Shown here: piece after piece, positions 35,797 to 39,247 of the stretch
How the letters are laid out: each line of letters starts with the position of its first letter
Position numbering within the stretch: position 1 is the stretch's first letter
Virus record (IMG/VR): IMGVR_UViG_3300030397_000188
Coordinates: 1-39,247 of that record
Direction: 5' to 3' (one strand)
DNA from: a virus
Lineage: Duplodnaviria > Caudoviricetes
DNA length: 39,247 bases
Translations under genes and position numbers: made by a program
The notes under the pieces: model-generated
What the model saw: the letters and a program-made list of their open reading frames with translations, nothing else
Database searches by the model: none
Told to the model about the DNA's origin: nothing

Positions 35797-36485
35797 TAAA
35801 ACGCTTCCTTTTCTTCCCAGACGCGGACGCCTTCGATTGTCATTTTCTTGTGATTGCTGGCGACAAACGCCTCAATGAATTGGGTCAGGGCGTCCCGGTG
35901 GTTTTTGGCAATGTCATGCAGGGCGGCTTTGTGGTCGGTAATCTCGTACCGCGTGACCTTGCGCATTCCCTTGACGGTTTCCTTGCCAGCGGCTTGCGCT
36001 GCCTTTTGGGCGTCAACTGCGGCCTGCTTTGCGGCGGCTGCTTCGCGCTGCGCCTCAATGTCGGCTGATGCGGCGTTGGCTGCTGCGGCCTCAGCTTCCC
36101 GGCGTTTCCGGTCGGCTTCCTCCCATGCCTTGCGCTCTGCTGCCTGCTGTTCCGCGAGTTTCTTTGCCTTGAACTTGGACACGGCAGATACCAACCCGTC
36201 ACGAATGCGGGTCAGGTCTTCAATCGTCGGCTTCCAGCGGGCTTTCTCAGCCTTCCATGCGTCGTGCAGGGGCGCGGCGGCGGATTTTTCACCAGCATTC
36301 ACGGCCTTCAAAGCGGCTTTGACTTCTTTGGTCAATCCGTCAACCGCCTTCAATTGGTCGTCGTTCTCAACCTCGGCACCATCAAGCCAGTTCTCGGCCT
36401 CGGAAATGGCGTCACCATACGGGGCAAGCGCTTCGTCAATCGGATCGGGCGGCGCATTGTGGCCGATATTCGCGGGGGCGTTCAT
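35796..36485 (-). CDS. Coiled-coil protein of the recombination module
   Basis: IGHNAPP N-terminus, Ala-rich coiled coil, IEGVRV C-terminus. Confidence 0.75.
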   Translation of the reverse strand: MNAPANIGHNAPPDPIDEALAPYGDAISEAENWLDGAEVENDDQLKAVDGLTKEVKAALKAVNAGEKSAAAPLHDAWKAEKARWKPTIEDLTRIRDGLVSAVSKFKAKKLAEQQAAERKAWEEADRKRREAEAAAANAASADIEAQREAAAAKQAAVDAQKAAQAAGKETVKGMRKVTRYEITDHKAALHDIAKNHRDALTQFIEAFVASNHKKMTIEGVRVWEEKEAF

Positions 36486-36494
36486 GGGGTTCTC

Positions 36495-37130
36495 CTAGTA
36501 AGGGATTTCGTCTTCGGTGATTTGTTCGGCTGGTGACGGGGCGTTCGCCTCTATCGTCGCGTTCAGCTTCCTGATTGCAGCCTGGAACCGTTCAGCCGGA
36601 AATTGTTCCAGCGACGGGGCGTTTGCCATTTGACAAACCTTGACCTCGTCAACGCCAGCCTCAGCAGCGAGATCGCGCAGCTTGATGAACTGGTCAGGGG
36701 ATACCGACTGAACCTTTGGCGCAGCTTTGGCTGCTGCGTTTCCGTCGTCGTCCTCGGGGGCCAAACCTGACAGGCTTTCATGCCCTATGCGCTTGGCGTA
36801 GGTCGTGGCAGACTTCATGCCCTGCATGTCATTCTTGGTGACAATAAGGGGCACGGCGCATTCAATGGCGCTTTCTGTTTCACCATGGGTAAACACCGTC
36901 ACCATGTCGGTATGTTCACCGTCCCGGCGAATCTCGTAGTGGTAGCTGATGCCGTTGTTAGCTAAGGCTTCACGGCTCGCTGAAACAACGCTGGCGAGGT
37001 CAGCGTAGGTTTTCTTGAAATGCGGATTTACAGCACCCTTGACGAGCGGACCCATTTCAAGCTGCGCCGCTGCAAGGGCAACGTGGATATTCTTGTGGCT
37101 GGGTACGGTAATTTTTTCCTGCTTGGTCAT
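36495..37130 (-). CDS. erf: ERF-family single-strand annealing protein
   Basis: NPHFKKTYADL, DMQG.KSATTYAKR, EDDDGN, DEIPY tail. Confidence 0.92.
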   Translation of the reverse strand: MTKQEKITVPSHKNIHVALAAAQLEMGPLVKGAVNPHFKKTYADLASVVSASREALANNGISYHYEIRRDGEHTDMVTVFTHGETESAIECAVPLIVTKNDMQGMKSATTYAKRIGHESLSGLAPEDDDGNAAAKAAPKVQSVSPDQFIKLRDLAAEAGVDEVKVCQMANAPSLEQFPAERFQAAIRKLNATIEANAPSPAEQITEDEIPY

Positions 37131-37621
37131 GATATGCTCCAAGATTGTCCGGTAATCGCGCGATATGCCGTCATTGTTGAAACGCCATAGTCAGCGGCAA
37201 TTTTTGCGTAACTGCGGTTTGTTTTCTTCCTGTCTGCCCTCATTTGGGCAACTGACAGAGCGGTGAGTTTTGCCATTGGGTTTCTTTCCCCTAATGGCGC
37301 TGTCCCATGATTGTTTTTGTCCAGATTGTTTTCGGACTGAGTTCCCCACTGTAGATTTACAGCGGAGTTATTCTTTCTGTCGCCGTCGATATGGCGGCAA
37401 ACCATGCCGTCAGGGCAGGGCCCATGAAACGCCTCTGCTATTAGTCTGTGGACATACTGCCTTTCCTGGGTTCCATCGGCTCGCGTTAGCGTTAGTCCGA
37501 CATACTTCCCTTGGCGCATTGGCGACATTTTTAGGGGTTTGCTTTTCTGCAGAGAAATAACGCTCCCATTCGAAAGGAACCGATACTTCGGAAACCGTTC
37601 AATCTTGGCAACTTCGGTCAT
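37127..37621 (-). CDS. HNH homing endonuclease
   Basis: VHRLIAEAFHGPCP...RHIDGDRKNN...NLQWGTQSEN. Confidence 0.92.
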   Translation of the reverse strand: MTEVAKIERFPKYRFLSNGSVISLQKSKPLKMSPMRQGKYVGLTLTRADGTQERQYVHRLIAEAFHGPCPDGMVCRHIDGDRKNNSAVNLQWGTQSENNLDKNNHGTAPLGERNPMAKLTALSVAQMRADRKKTNRSYAKIAADYGVSTMTAYRAITGQSWSIS

Positions 37622-37643
37622 ATCTCAGTCCTTTCGGATAAAG

Positions 37644-37729
37644 CCCCAGCGACAACGGGGGGATGTGCCGCCGGGGAAGGTGGTCAGCGCATTTGAGGCG
37701 GGCAGGCAGTGCCCATGGGACGCGCTGAC
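37644..37729 (-). other. Intergenic two-hairpin element
   Basis: Stems 37644-37654/37666-37676 and 37683-37692/37720-37729; G-U pairs work on the minus strand. Confidence 0.55.
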
Positions 37730-37737
37730 GGGAAGAA

Positions 37738-37878
37738 TCAGTGTTCAACGGTCAGGTCGTAATGCACCGCCGCCTTTTCCGGCCACACGCGTTCCTCAAT
37801 GTCTGCGATTGCTGAGAAGCCCAGCAGGGCGGCGAGTACACCAAGGCCAAAGAAGCCGGGGATTGTGAAATGGGTCAT
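37738..37878 (-). CDS. Small membrane protein (46 aa)
   Basis: MTHFTIPGFFGLGVLAALLGFSAIA...; GGAGGG RBS. Confidence 0.6.
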   Translation of the reverse strand: MTHFTIPGFFGLGVLAALLGFSAIADIEERVWPEKAAVHYDLTVEH

Positions 37879-37879
37879 A

Positions 37880-38074
37880 TCAAAGCCCTCCTGCGGTCAC
37901 GTAGAAGCCCAAGAAAATCACCCCAAGGGCCAGCGCCAGCCCGACAAGGTGGGCGTATTTGCCAAGCCATGACGGTTCGCGGTTTTCATTCGCGGCCTCG
38001 CGATATTCGACAAACCGGGCCTGTTCTTCGGGCGTCAGGGGGCGTCTGCCGGTGAGGTATTGGGGTTTGGTCAT
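37880..38074 (-). CDS. Small membrane protein (64 aa)
   Basis: MTKPQY... C-terminal TM; GGAGG RBS. Confidence 0.65.
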   Translation of the reverse strand: MTKPQYLTGRRPLTPEEQARFVEYREAANENREPSWLGKYAHLVGLALALGVIFLGFYVTAGGL

Positions 38075-38536
38075 GCTACTGCCTCCATTTCTGGCCAAGG
38101 CATGTCTTTCGCGGCCTCGCCGTGTATCAGGTATTGCTTTAGGCGCTCTTTTTGGGCGGCCCCTGCGGCGGCCCCGTGCGGCGGCCCGTGCGGCGGCCCG
38201 TTCTTCTGGCGTTGCTTTTGGATCACGCGCTACAGCGATAACCTTGGCTGGCCTGTCGTCATTCGGCCTGACTTTGAGAAAGATTGGCAAAACACGCTCA
38301 GCACAATCAGCAGCAAACAGCCTGCAGATATGCGGATTGACGCAGTGATCCACAACCCACAAAGCATCATCCATCCCGTTGCTTTCCAGAACGGTCAGGA
38401 TCGGCAGCGGATCTTCGCAATCCTTTGCCTCTGCCCCGGATTTGCCCAAATGTTTCAGCAGGGTTTCCCAACTATCACGACACGGCGAATGGCTGCGGAT
38501 TTCCTTTAGGGTGGTGGTTAGGGGTGCGTTGGTCAT
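38071..38536 (-). pseudogene. Imm5-like / AARAA-repeat protein with a +1 frameshift (real or sequencing error)
   Basis: RLFAADCAERVL...DDRP...AARAAAR; one 12-bp unit is 13 bp; removing one base gives an ORF ending in an ATGA overlap at 38071. Confidence 0.65.
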
Positions 38537-38537
38537 G

Positions 38538-38819
38538 TCAGCCTCGCACCAAGTGGCCGCGACCGGCGTCGATGATCTGTTGGTCCTGCGCGCCTTCACG
38601 GGCGGCGATTGTCTCTGCGTCGAGCGGTTCAGGTTCCTCGATTTCCTCAAGGCGATAACCAAGGGTCTCCGCGATTTTCTCAAGGTACTGGCGTGCGTCT
38701 CGCATGTGCGCGTTGTGCATTAACTTGTCGCCAACATTGTAAGCTATTGCTTGGCACAGAGCGTCAGCAAGCCAATGAGCGTTGTTCTTTGCTTTGAAAT
38801 ATTCAACGGGTGCAGTCAT
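38538..38819 (-). CDS. Hypothetical protein
   Basis: 93 aa, AGGAGG RBS, ATGA-coupled. Confidence 0.7.
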   Translation of the reverse strand: MTAPVEYFKAKNNAHWLADALCQAIAYNVGDKLMHNAHMRDARQYLEKIAETLGYRLEEIEEPEPLDAETIAAREGAQDQQIIDAGRGHLVRG

Positions 38820-39229
38820 GCTGGTGCCTCCTTCACTTCTGCATTCGTGGGTGTTGCAGGGCATAATTCAATTGTCTGGAAAATCCAGTCTTTGTACTTG
38901 CGCCAGAACTTGAGGGCCGACTTGCCGTCCATTTTCAGAATTCGGGCATCGTCGAAATCAGCCCACTCGACAATCAAGTGCCTCTGACACCCAATTTGCA
39001 AAACCTCGCTCGTGTAAGTGATCGGGTACGTGTCGACTTGAATGCACTTTACATATTCATTGACACCGCTGGCCCCGTCGAGGTTGGCCCCGTCGAGGTT
39101 GGCCCTGTTGAGGCTGGCCCCGTAGAGGCTGGCCCCGTCGAGGTTGGCCCCGTCGAGGTTGGCCCCGTAGAGGTTGGCCCTGTTGAGGCTGGCCCCGTAG
39201 AGGCTGGCCCCGTAGAGGTTGGCCCCGTC
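38816..39229 (-). CDS. Pentapeptide-repeat protein, 3' part
   Basis: Repeats followed by [33 protein letters not shown]...FWRKYKDWI; in frame with the repeats. Confidence 0.9.
   Translation of the reverse strand, partial: DGANLYGASLYGASLNRANLYGANLDGANLDGASLYGASLNRANLDGANLDGASGVNEYVKCIQVDTYPITYTSEVLQIGCQRHLIVEWADFDDARILKMDGKSALKFWRKYKDWIFQTIELCPATPTNAEVKEAPA
39068..39229. repeat. 10 full 15-bp units plus partial units, same family as 1-195
   Basis: Read directly. Confidence 0.97.
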
Positions 39230-39230
39230 C

Positions 39231-39247
39231 GATCGTGACTGGGAAAC
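39231..39247 (-). other. Library artefact: random-amplification (SISPA round A/B) primer tag
   Basis: Reverse complement GTTTCCCAGTCACGATC, a widely used random-PCR tag. Confidence 0.88.

Noticed and set aside
37880-38683. 267-aa ORF as a single ordinary gene
   Set aside because: Its 5' part overlaps another gene and the middle crosses a probable frameshift; better explained as two genes
38978-39238. Plus-strand ORF with GPVEV repeats
   Set aside because: Antisense shadow of the pentapeptide gene; its stop lies in the primer artefact

Overview
The window is a near-complete, probably circular, ~39.2 kb genome of a P22-like podovirus with lambdoid gene order. The host is most likely a Rhodobacteraceae/Roseobacter-type alphaproteobacterium (inference). 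The contig breaks inside the 15-bp repeats of a pentapeptide-repeat gene, whose 5' half is at the window start and 3' half at the window end. The last 17 nt are a random-amplification primer remnant. The + strand carries Cro-like regulator, N6/N4 methyltransferase, RusA, replication genes (wHTH initiator-like protein, HNH, SF2 helicase, primase), C5 methyltransferase, a late promoter/terminator region, terminases, P22-type portal/scaffold/coat/gp4/gp10, ejection proteins, tail fibre/spike, lysis cassette and a 726-aa probable head fibre. The - strand carries the early-left operon (ERF, SSB, HNH, Ref-like nuclease, ASCH-like protein, Arr-like ADP-ribosyltransferase, Xis-like HTH). I found no CI repressor and no integrase, although the divergent promoters, Cro, Xis and att-like repeats remain. 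Highlights: (1) a phage-encoded Arr-fold ADP-ribosyltransferase, (2) an HNH gene fused to a duplicated helicase N-terminus, (3) GTA-like terminase and head-spike parts on a P22-type capsid, (4) a 91-codon domain bounded by perfect 16-bp direct repeats, (5) three structured leaders sharing a hairpin-CT(A/G)ACC motif. All family assignments come from motif recognition by eye; no searches were run.
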